Below, piece by piece: positions 26,748 through 34,248 of a stretch of DNA of 62,213 nt (position 1 is the first letter of the stretch; every line of letters starts with the position of its first letter). Origin of the DNA: an uncultured Rickettsiales bacterium (GTDB lineage Bacteria; Myxococcota_A; UBA796; UBA9615; CAYRNR01); the NCBI GenBank assembly GCA_964584075.1, contig CAZOYV010000006.1, positions 1 to 62,213 of the forward strand. Reading direction: 5' to 3'. A model generated the notes under the pieces. The model was given only the letters and a program-made list of their open reading frames with translations. It did not search any database and was not told the origin of the DNA. A program made the translations under genes and the position numbers.

Positions 26748-28724
26748 TCACTCCTCGAGGTCCGCCGAGATCGGCTTCTTCTCCCCCGGGGCGAGGGTCA
26801 CGGAGATGGTGCGCTCGGCCTCCAGCGGGGGGCACACCAGCTTGACGGTGTGGTCCCCGGGCTCGACCTCGAGGTTGCCGATCGGGGTCTGGCCGACCTT
26901 GCGCCCGTCGACGTAGACGTCGGCCCACGGCGTGGCGTTGATCGTCAGGTAGGCGGGCTCGACCTTCTCGGGCAGCTTCTCCAGCGTGGCGCGCACCACG
27001 ACGGTGCCCTCGGTGGGGAACGTCCCGCTGGCGGTGCCGTCCCTGTAGCCCTCGAGGCTGAAGGTCGCGGAGTATCGGGTGCCGGGCGCGCCGGCGTCGA
27101 AGCGGTAGGGCGAGCTGCGCCCCTGGGGCCCGCCGGTGATGCTGACGGTCGCGCCCGGCGGGCTGCTGCGGAACACCAGCGCTGGCGGGCCGGGCTCCGC
27201 GGGGGTGGCCGCCTCCGTCGGGGTCTCGGGCTCCACCGCCTCGGTGGCGACCTCCTCCCGCTGGAGCGACACCTTCAGCCGGAAGCGCTCGCCGGCCTCG
27301 ACCTGGAACTCGTCCTCGAAGGGCAGGAAGCCCTCCTTGCGCACCGTCAGCGTGTACCTGTGGTCGGGCTCGAGGTCCTCCTGGGTCGCCCCGATCGGCT
27401 TGCCGTCCAGCAGGATCTCGGCGTCCCGGGCCTCCGGCGGGGCGATCTCCAGCACCAGCGTGCCCGTGGTGGGGCCCAGCGGCTCGATCACCTCGGGCTC
27501 GGGGGCCAGGATCACGAACTTGACCAGCGCCCCGACGCCGCACAGCACCGCGAGCACCGCCGCGATCCAGACCAGCCCCGGGATCTTCCGCCTGCGGGGC
27601 TCGGCGTCGGGCTCGACCTCCTCCTCGTCGTCGATCGTGTCGACCTCTTCCTCGAAGTCGAGCTCGAGGTTCTCCTCCATCGAGGCCAGCGCGCTGGCGG
27701 CCTTGCGCGCCGCCTCGAGCCGGATGCCCTCCTGCTCGCGGTCCTGGGCGTACAGCTCGGAGAACCAGTCCTGGAACTCCAGCTGCATCTCGCTGACCGT
27801 GGCCGGCTTGATGTACTCCTCGAGCTCGTGGCGCATCTCCTCGGCGTCCTGGTAGCGGTTCCAGGGCCGCGGGTTCAGCGCGCGCTGCATGATGTGCTCG
27901 AGGGGCCGCGGGACCCCGGGGTTGAGCTGCTTGATGTCCGGGATGTCGCCGTTGCGGATCCGCTCCAGCGTCTTCAGCGGGGTCTCTTCCTTGAACAGCC
28001 GCGCCCCGGCGATCATCTCCCACAGGCAGATGCCGCAGGAGAACACGTCGGAGCGCTGATCCACCGCCTTGCCCTGGGCCTGCTCGGGGCTCATGTACTC
28101 GAACTTGCCCTTGAGCACCCCCTCCTCGGTGTTCTCGAACTGGGACTTGCTGGCCTTGGCGATCCCGAAGTCGGCCAGCTTGATGTGGCCGTCGTAGCTG
28201 ATCAGGATGTTGCTCGGCGAGACGTCGCGGTGGACGATCTCGAGGTCGTTGCCGGCCTCGTCCTTCTTGGTGTGGGCGTAGTACAGCCCGCGGCTCATCT
28301 CGTGGGCGACGTAGGCGGCGAACTGCATCGGCAGGCGCTTCTGCTGCTGCTCCAGCGTCCGCATCAGGATCTTCAGGTCCTTGCCGTAGACGCCCTCCAT
28401 CGCCAGGAAGTAGTGGTCGCGGATCTTGCCGAAGTCGTAGACCTGGACGATGTTGGGGTGCTGCAGCTGGACCGTCAGCTTGGCCTCGTCGACGAACATG
28501 CCGACGAACTCCTCGTTGACGGTCAGGTGCGGCAGGATCCGCTTGATCACCAGCTCCTTCTCGAACCCCCCGTGCCCGAAGGTGCGCGCGCGGAAGACCT
28601 CGGCCATGCCGCCGACGGCGATGCGGTCGATCAGGAAGTACTTGCCGAACGGCTCCGGCTCGAAGCGCAGCTTGGTCGAGGGCGTGTCCGCTTCGGACGG
28701 GTTGCTCGGCTGCTGCGACTCCAC
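26748..28724 (-). CDS. Membrane Ser/Thr protein kinase with extracytoplasmic PEGA-like domains
   Basis: GTG start after an AGGAG RBS. IAVGGMAEVF, VIKRI, HRDVSPSN, LADFG, GKFEYMSPEQ. TM segment, then PWADVYVDG..GQTP PEGA. Confidence 0.95.
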   Translation of the reverse strand: MESQQPSNPSEADTPSTKLRFEPEPFGKYFLIDRIAVGGMAEVFRARTFGHGGFEKELVIKRILPHLTVNEEFVGMFVDEAKLTVQLQHPNIVQVYDFGKIRDHYFLAMEGVYGKDLKILMRTLEQQQKRLPMQFAAYVAHEMSRGLYYAHTKKDEAGNDLEIVHRDVSPSNILISYDGHIKLADFGIAKASKSQFENTEEGVLKGKFEYMSPEQAQGKAVDQRSDVFSCGICLWEMIAGARLFKEETPLKTLERIRNGDIPDIKQLNPGVPRPLEHIMQRALNPRPWNRYQDAEEMRHELEEYIKPATVSEMQLEFQDWFSELYAQDREQEGIRLEAARKAASALASMEENLELDFEEEVDTIDDEEEVEPDAEPRRRKIPGLVWIAAVLAVLCGVGALVKFVILAPEPEVIEPLGPTTGTLVLEIAPPEARDAEILLDGKPIGATQEDLEPDHRYTLTVRKEGFLPFEDEFQVEAGERFRLKVSLQREEVATEAVEPETPTEAATPAEPGPPALVFRSSPPGATVSITGGPQGRSSPYRFDAGAPGTRYSATFSLEGYRDGTASGTFPTEGTVVVRATLEKLPEKVEPAYLTINATPWADVYVDGRKVGQTPIGNLEVEPGDHTVKLVCPPLEAERTISVTLAPGEKKPISADLEE

Positions 28725-28799
28725 GCTGCGCGCTCCTGGAGGGTCGATCTCTTGGCCCCCGGCCGAGGGCTCGGAGAGGCAAGGGATTTCAGGGAGTCG

Positions 28800-28829
28800 A
28801 GTATAGGGAGAACGCTCCGCGAGGGTCAA
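28800..28829 (-). promoter_or_regulatory. Candidate sigma70 promoter for the kinase-Lon pair
   Basis: Minus strand TTGACC-N18-TATACT. Confidence 0.6.
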
Positions 28830-28918
28830 GGCAGCAGCGGGGCCGCGCTATACACCTCGGATGGGGCGAGGCTACAATGGGCCTCGGGCCCATGCGAGCG
28901 AGCGCGAGGAGCGGACGG

Positions 28919-30412
28919 ATGACGGGTTGCTGGGCGGGCCGGTTGGCGACGGGATGGGTCCTGCTGGCGGCCCTGCTCCTCAGCGGCTGTCCGACCAAGT
29001 ACGAGCCCTACGACTTCACGATCCGGTTCGTGTTCCCGCCGGGACAGACCCCCCTGGCGGACCTGTACTCCCTGGAGATGGACGTCGAGTACGACTCCGG
29101 GGCGGGCTACACCTTCTACCTGCAGCCCGTCGCGGGGGGGAACTGGGAGCTGGAGGGCATCCCGCCGGTCGACGAGGGCGGCACCGTGGTGCTGCGCTTC
29201 CGCGGGATGGCGGTGGACCCCACCAACGCGGACAACGTGATCGAGGTCGCCAACGGGGTCTCCGGACCGGTGGCGCTGGGCTACGACACCGACGTGACCG
29301 TGTACTTCAGCGAGCGCCACGAGCTGGCGCTGGTCGAGGGAGCGCTCAACTCTCCGCGCCCGCGCGCGGGCGCGACGGCCATCGACGGCGGCGGGGCGAT
29401 CGTGGTCGGCGGCGGCGCGGTGGACGGCGACGGGACCGTGGCCGGGATCGAGCTGCTCGAGCCCGGGGAGGACGGCCGCTACCAGTTCACCCTGCTGCAC
29501 CCCGAGTACCGCCGCGCGGGGGCCACGCTGCATCGGGTCGATCGCAGCGCCAGCCCGCACCACGAGACGGTGCTGATCGCCGGCGGCTTCGACGCCGGCC
29601 TGACCGCCGACGACCTGCGGGCCGAGATCGACCGCTACGACCCGGCCGAGGACGCGATCACCACGATCCTCGACCTGCCCGTGCCGCTGGCGTTCCCCGC
29701 GCTGACCGAGCTGGGCGACGGCCGCCTGCTGCTGTCCGGCGGATGGACCAACGAGGTCGACCTGCTGGTGCCGTCCGGGCACTACGCGCTGATCGACCCG
29801 GTGGCGTCCTCGGCCGTCGAGGCCGGCCAGATGTCCCTGGCGCGGGTCGATCACCAGGCCGTGGAGCTGCAGGACGGCTCGGTGCTGGTCTGCGGCGGCA
29901 GCGACGGCACCGAGGACGGGGCCAGCGAGGACGACTGCGAGCTGTGGTCCCCGGGCGGGGTCAGCGGCACCGGTGCGCTCCAGCACGCCCGCGAGCGGTT
30001 CGCGATGCTGGCGTTGCCGGCCGACCCCCAGGGGCGGGTCGTGGCGTTCGGCGGTCGGTCCCGCGACGGGCTGGGCGGCGAGGCGGTGCTCGACAGCGTC
30101 GAGCTGTACGACCCCGCCAGCGAGCAGTGGACGCTGCTCGGCGCGCGGATGAACGCGGCCCGCGCGGGCTTCTCGGTGGCGCCGGTGCCCGAGGGGCGCT
30201 TCCTGGTCTGCGGCGGCGCCGACGAGGACGGGGTCTCGCGGGCCAGCTGCGAGGTGTTCGATCCCGACGTGGTCGCCTTCGGCCCGCACCCCAGCGCCAG
30301 CCTCGCCGGCGGCCGCCAGGGCCAGGCCGCCACCGTGCTGGACGGCGGCCTGATCCTGCACGTCGGCGGCTCGGGCGCCGAGCCCGAGAAGGCCTACCTC
30401 TACAACCCGTGA
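28919..30412 (+). CDS. Kelch/galactose-oxidase-like beta-propeller lipoprotein
   Basis: Lipobox LLSGC. Repeated R..H.A..L.DG.VL..GG and ELYDPA...W motifs. Confidence 0.85.
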   Translation: MTGCWAGRLATGWVLLAALLLSGCPTKYEPYDFTIRFVFPPGQTPLADLYSLEMDVEYDSGAGYTFYLQPVAGGNWELEGIPPVDEGGTVVLRFRGMAVDPTNADNVIEVANGVSGPVALGYDTDVTVYFSERHELALVEGALNSPRPRAGATAIDGGGAIVVGGGAVDGDGTVAGIELLEPGEDGRYQFTLLHPEYRRAGATLHRVDRSASPHHETVLIAGGFDAGLTADDLRAEIDRYDPAEDAITTILDLPVPLAFPALTELGDGRLLLSGGWTNEVDLLVPSGHYALIDPVASSAVEAGQMSLARVDHQAVELQDGSVLVCGGSDGTEDGASEDDCELWSPGGVSGTGALQHARERFAMLALPADPQGRVVAFGGRSRDGLGGEAVLDSVELYDPASEQWTLLGARMNAARAGFSVAPVPEGRFLVCGGADEDGVSRASCEVFDPDVVAFGPHPSASLAGGRQGQAATVLDGGLILHVGGSGAEPEKAYLYNP

Positions 30413-30443
30413 TCACCTGCGACCGGCGGTCGCAGGTGATCAC
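30409..30443. terminator. Perfect 16-bp hairpin between convergent genes; possible bidirectional terminator
   Basis: GTGATCACCTGCGACC-GGC-GGTCGCAGGTGATCAC starts at the kelch stop codon. No clear U-tract. Confidence 0.6.
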
Positions 30444-30451
30444 CGACGGAC

Positions 30452-30485
30452 TTGCAGCTGGCGGCGCGGTGCGCCGCAGCTGAAC
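30452..30485 (+). repeat. 34-nt REP-like palindromic element, copy 1
   Basis: TTGCAGCTGGCGGC-GCGGTGC-GCCGCAGCTGAAC. The flanking 14 and 13 nt match the copy at 43304-43337 (minus strand) exactly. Confidence 0.75.
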
Positions 30486-30515
30486 TCCGTCGGGGGGTGG
30501 TCGGGGGGGGGGCGG

Positions 30516-30854
30516 TTACTCGCCGCCGACGGTCTGCTTCCAGCCGTCGAGGGTCTCGCAGATGTCGCCGTTCTCCGACGACGCGGCCATGTCGGCGCGC
30601 AGGGTCGAGGAGTACTCGCCGCCCGGGGGCGTGCGCATCCCATAGGAGCAGACGGTGTCCAGCAGGGTCTGGTCCGGCACGCGGTACTCGGCCAGGCAGT
30701 CCTGCAGCTCGGAGTCGCCGTAGCTCACGCCGCACTCCTCGTAGATGTCGGCGAACTCGCGGCACATCTGCTGGCAGTCGTTCTCGCAGCCGGTCAGGCC
30801 GGTCAGGGCCAGCAGGCCCAGCAGGGTCGCGACGGTGGTCGCACGCGTGATCAT
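30516..30854 (-). CDS. Small Cys-rich lipoprotein (112 aa)
   Basis: Lipobox LTGC. CENDCQQMC...C...C...C...C pattern. C-terminal part of ORF 30516..31229. Confidence 0.75.
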   Translation of the reverse strand: MITRATTVATLLGLLALTGLTGCENDCQQMCREFADIYEECGVSYGDSELQDCLAEYRVPDQTLLDTVCSYGMRTPPGGEYSSTLRADMAASSENGDICETLDGWKQTVGGE

Positions 30855-31201
30855 GGCTCTTCCTCCGCTCCGCCGGCGGCCAGCTCCAGCTGCCAGGCGC
30901 CGCCCGCGGCGTCGCTCGTCCCGCACAGCTCGGCGTCGCCCTCGTCCAGCTGGTCGACGAACTGCAGGTACGCCCCGCAGGTCTCCACCTCGCCCGGGTC
31001 CGCCGCCAGCGTGCGGTGGTCGGTGAGGCAGCGGTTCAGATCCGTGGCCTCGACCTCGTCCCCGCAGACCGACTTGCGGAACCCGTACCAGCTGTTGCAC
31101 AGCTGCTGGCACTCGTTGAGACATCCGAGCGTCGGCATCGCCGCCAGACCCATCAGGATCCACCCGGCCGCGAACACCCTCCGCGAGGAAGTCCCGGGCA
31201 C
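30851..31201 (-). CDS. Small Cys-rich lipoprotein, paralogue of the downstream gene
   Basis: TLGC-LNECQQLC...C...C...C...C. Start could be GTG 31201 or ATG 31153. ATGA overlap with the downstream gene. Confidence 0.7.
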   Translation of the reverse strand: MPGTSSRRVFAAGWILMGLAAMPTLGCLNECQQLCNSWYGFRKSVCGDEVEATDLNRCLTDHRTLAADPGEVETCGAYLQFVDQLDEGDAELCGTSDAAGGAWQLELAAGGAEEEP

Positions 31202-31210
31202 GCCGCGAGC

Positions 31211-31239
31211 ATTCCACCACGGGGGACACAGAGCGTCAA
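31211..31239 (-). promoter_or_regulatory. Candidate sigma70 promoter for the lipoprotein pair
   Basis: Minus strand TTGACG-N17-TGGAAT. Confidence 0.45.
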
Positions 31240-31273
31240 GAATCCCCGCGGCCGCAGCCGATCCGCCGCCGAC

Positions 31274-31302
31274 TTGACCTCCGCGGCGGGGGTCCCTAGG
31301 AT
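31274..31302 (+). promoter_or_regulatory. Candidate sigma70 promoter for the mepA-like gene
   Basis: TTGACC-N17-TAGGAT, 27 nt before the ATG. Confidence 0.65.
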
Positions 31303-31329
31303 CGGCCAACTTTTCCGCGCGCACTCGAG

Positions 31330-32298
31330 ATGCGTTCCCTTCTGTCCCGACTCCCGTGGTTCCTGATGGCGTCTGCGCTGGTGGCATGGCTGCCCGCGCC
31401 CACCGCCGGCGAGCCCCCGCGGATCCACGACGGGATGCTCCGCCCCGACGGCGCTGGCTCCGCCGCGGCCCAGTTCACGCTGGACCACGAGGTCGAGCGC
31501 GAGGCCGAGGCCGGATTCGAGTCCGAGTCCGAGGCCGGGACCGAGGCCGGGACCGAGGCCGGGACCGAGGCCGAGACCGAGACCGAGATCGAGAGCGAGA
31601 TCGAGTCGCTGGACCCCGCCGCGATCACCGGCATCGGCGGCCCCGGCGAGCCCCTGGAGCTCGTCGACGAGCTCGATGAGCTCGAGCCCCCGGCGGTCCG
31701 CGACGGGGTCCCGGTCGGCAAGCACACCCACGGCTACCTGCTGCGCGGCCTGCCGTTCCCGATCGACGACGACCGCTTCACCGTGATCGCCCCCTGGCGC
31801 GCCTACTGCGTCCAGGACACGATCGACGGGCTGTTCGACGCCGTGGACGCCGTGGAGTCGCTGTACCCCGGCTCCCACGCGATCACGGTCGGCGACTGCA
31901 GCCGCGAGGGTGGGGGGTACCTCTCCCCGCACATGTCGCACCAGACCGGCCTCGACGTCGACATCGGCCCCTACTGGGCCGACGGCGAGGCCAAGACCTG
32001 GTTCGAGGCGATGCACCCGCACGAGATCGACATCCCGCGCACCTGGGCGCTGCTCGAGGCGCTGGTGAGCGACGAGTCGGTCAAGTACATCATCCTCGAC
32101 TACCGGCTCCAGCAGGTGTTCTACGAGTACGCCGAGGAGCTGCCGTGGATGGACGAGGAGTACCTGGAGCTGATCTTCCAGTACCCCCGCGGTCCCAGGC
32201 ACTTCGAGGGCATCATCCGCCACTGGGAGGGCCACTACAGCCACATCCACGTGCGGTTCCACTGCCCCGAGGGCACCGAGGACACCTGCGCCGAGTAG
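31330..32298 (+). CDS. Penicillin-insensitive murein endopeptidase (MepA-like, M74) with an acidic repeat linker
   Basis: Signal peptide. VGKHTHGYLLRG, GDCSREGGG, PHMSHQTGLDVDI and HYSHIHVRF zinc motifs. Confidence 0.85.
   Translation: MRSLLSRLPWFLMASALVAWLPAPTAGEPPRIHDGMLRPDGAGSAAAQFTLDHEVEREAEAGFESESEAGTEAGTEAGTEAETETEIESEIESLDPAAITGIGGPGEPLELVDELDELEPPAVRDGVPVGKHTHGYLLRGLPFPIDDDRFTVIAPWRAYCVQDTIDGLFDAVDAVESLYPGSHAITVGDCSREGGGYLSPHMSHQTGLDVDIGPYWADGEAKTWFEAMHPHEIDIPRTWALLEALVSDESVKYIILDYRLQQVFYEYAEELPWMDEEYLELIFQYPRGPRHFEGIIRHWEGHYSHIHVRFHCPEGTEDTCAE
31531..31608 (+). repeat. In-frame tandem repeats: (GAGGCCGGGACC)x3, then degenerate hexamers (GAGACC/GAGATC/GAGAGC)
   Basis: Read directly; encodes EAGTEAGTEAGTEAETETEIESEIES. 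Confidence 0.85.
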
Positions 32299-32366
32299 CC
32301 CCTCCGCCCCGCCCGTGACCGTGACAGCCGGGCAGCCCCGTGCGATCATCGGTCGCGGGGGTGACC

Positions 32367-34022
32367 ATGCGACCCAGCCTCGCGATCGTGGTCTCGCTGC
32401 TGCTCGGGATCGCCCTGCCCGCGACCCCGGCCGGCGCCAAGCCCGTCCCGGTGCCCGACGCGCCGTCGTGCGCCTACGCCCAGGTCAGCGCGGGCTCGTT
32501 CCACACCTGCGGCCTGCGCGGGGACGGGCACGTCGCCTGCTGGGGGGCCAACGACTACGGCCAGTCCACGGCCCCCGACGGCCAGTTCACCCAGATCAGC
32601 GCCGGCATCTGGCACACCTGCGGGGTCCACACCGACGGCTCGGTGGCGTGCTGGGGCTGGAACGAGTACGGCCAGGCCAAGCCCCCCGGCGGGGCGTTCA
32701 CCCAGGTCAGCGCGGGCTACGGCCAGACCTGCGGCCTGCGCTCCGACGGCAGCCTGATCTGCTGGGGCGCCGACACCGCCGGCGAGGCCAGCCCCCCTGC
32801 GGGGCGCTTCCGCCAGATCAGCGCCGGCCACTACCACACCTGCGGCGTGCAGCAGGACGGCACCGTCGCCTGCTGGGGGGACGACGAGTACGGGCAGTCG
32901 CGGGCCCCCGAGGGCCGCTTCGCGTTCGTCAGCGCCAGCGACGAGCACACCTGCGGCGTGCGCGAGACCGGCGCCGTGGAGTGCTGGGGCGCCGAGGAGT
33001 ACGGCCGGACCCGCGCCCCCGGCGGGGCGTTCACCCAGGTGGAGGCCGGCCCGTGGCACAGCTGCGGCCTGCTGGACGACGGCACCGTCGACTGCTGGGG
33101 CGGCAACTGGGCCGGCGAGGCCCGGCCCCCGGGCGGCGTGTTCGAGCAGGTCACGGTCGGCAGCGGCCACGCCTGCGGGGTCCGCACCGACGGCACGATC
33201 GAGTGCTGGGGCGACGACGTCTACGGCCAGTCCCGCCCGGTGCGCGGTGCGTTCCGCGCGGTGGCCACCGGCGGGACCCACATCTGCGGCCTGCGCAGCG
33301 ACGGCACGGCGACCTGTTGGGGCGGCTACCTGTCCGGCGAGCAGCCCCCGCCCTACGGCCAGTTCGTCCAGCTCAGCGCCGGCGACAAGCACGGCTGCGG
33401 GACCCGCGAGGACGGCTCGCTGGACTGCTGGGGCGCCAACCACTTCGGCGAGGCCGATCCCCCCGACGGGGTCTACACCCAGGTCAGCGCCGGCGGCAGC
33501 CACTCCTGTGCCGTCCGCGCCGACGGCTACGTGGTCTGCTGGGGCGCCAACGGCGCCGGCGAGTCCCGCCCCCCGACCGCGACGTTCACCCAGGTCGACG
33601 CCGGCGACCGCCACACCTGCGGCGTCCGCACCGACGGCCTGGTGTGGTGCTGGGGCGCCAACGACAGCGGCCAGTCCCGCGCCCCGGCGTCCGCCTTCAA
33701 GGCCGTCTCCGCCGGCGGCGGCCACTCCTGCGGCGTGCGGATCGACGGCACCCTGGAGTGCTGGGGCGCCAACGACCTGGGCGAGGCCTCCCCGCCCCCC
33801 GGCACGTTCACCACCGTCTCCGCCGGCACCGGCCACTCCTGCGGCGTCCGCGACGACGGCGCCGTGCTGTGCTGGGGCGCCAACACCTTCGACCAGTCGG
33901 TCAACCCCCGCGGCGCGTTCACCACCGTCTCCGCCGGCGGCGCCAAGTCCTGCGGCCTGCGCACCGACGGCTCGCTGGAGTGCTGGGGCGTCCTCGTCCG
34001 CCCGCCGCGCTGCACGCCGTAG
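32367..34022 (+). CDS. Secreted RCC1-like repeat protein (14 repeats of ~37 aa)
   Basis: Signal peptide. 14 copies of FxQVSAGxxHTCGxRxDGxxxCWGxNxxG. Confidence 0.9.
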   Translation: MRPSLAIVVSLLLGIALPATPAGAKPVPVPDAPSCAYAQVSAGSFHTCGLRGDGHVACWGANDYGQSTAPDGQFTQISAGIWHTCGVHTDGSVACWGWNEYGQAKPPGGAFTQVSAGYGQTCGLRSDGSLICWGADTAGEASPPAGRFRQISAGHYHTCGVQQDGTVACWGDDEYGQSRAPEGRFAFVSASDEHTCGVRETGAVECWGAEEYGRTRAPGGAFTQVEAGPWHSCGLLDDGTVDCWGGNWAGEARPPGGVFEQVTVGSGHACGVRTDGTIECWGDDVYGQSRPVRGAFRAVATGGTHICGLRSDGTATCWGGYLSGEQPPPYGQFVQLSAGDKHGCGTREDGSLDCWGANHFGEADPPDGVYTQVSAGGSHSCAVRADGYVVCWGANGAGESRPPTATFTQVDAGDRHTCGVRTDGLVWCWGANDSGQSRAPASAFKAVSAGGGHSCGVRIDGTLECWGANDLGEASPPPGTFTTVSAGTGHSCGVRDDGAVLCWGANTFDQSVNPRGAFTTVSAGGAKSCGLRTDGSLECWGVLVRPPRCTP

Positions 34023-34030
34023 ACGGCCGT

Positions 34031-34136
34031 CCGCCCGACTTCCACTCTTTGTCGCGTTCGGAGCCAGTTCCTGGAAGTCGGATGTCCGACTTCCAGATTC
34101 TGGCACTCGTCGCGCCAGTTTCTGGAAGTCGGGCGG
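34031..34136. repeat. Compound palindromic element: two 47-nt units at 51-nt period, 14-bp terminal inverted repeats and a central 12-bp palindrome
   Basis: CCGCCCGACTTCCA (34031-44) pairs with TGGAAGTCGGGCGG (34123-36). CTGGAAGTCGGA-TG-TCCGACTTCCAG at 34071-96. Confidence 0.8.
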
Positions 34137-34248
34137 GCAGCGCAGTGAGGGGTCGGATCGTGGCTGAAGCCACTGGACCACCATCCCTGTGGATTCCTCG
34201 TCGACCGGCTCTTCACCGGGTTACCCTGGTGGACGGGAGGGATGCGAG

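Noticed and set aside
25134-28922. 1262-aa plus-strand ORF, the longest in the track
   Set aside because: Antisense shadow of the Lon and kinase genes.
34031-34136. Mini CRISPR array interpretation
   Set aside because: Only one full and two half repeats, 17-18-nt spacers, and no cas genes in the window. Kept as a palindromic repeat instead.
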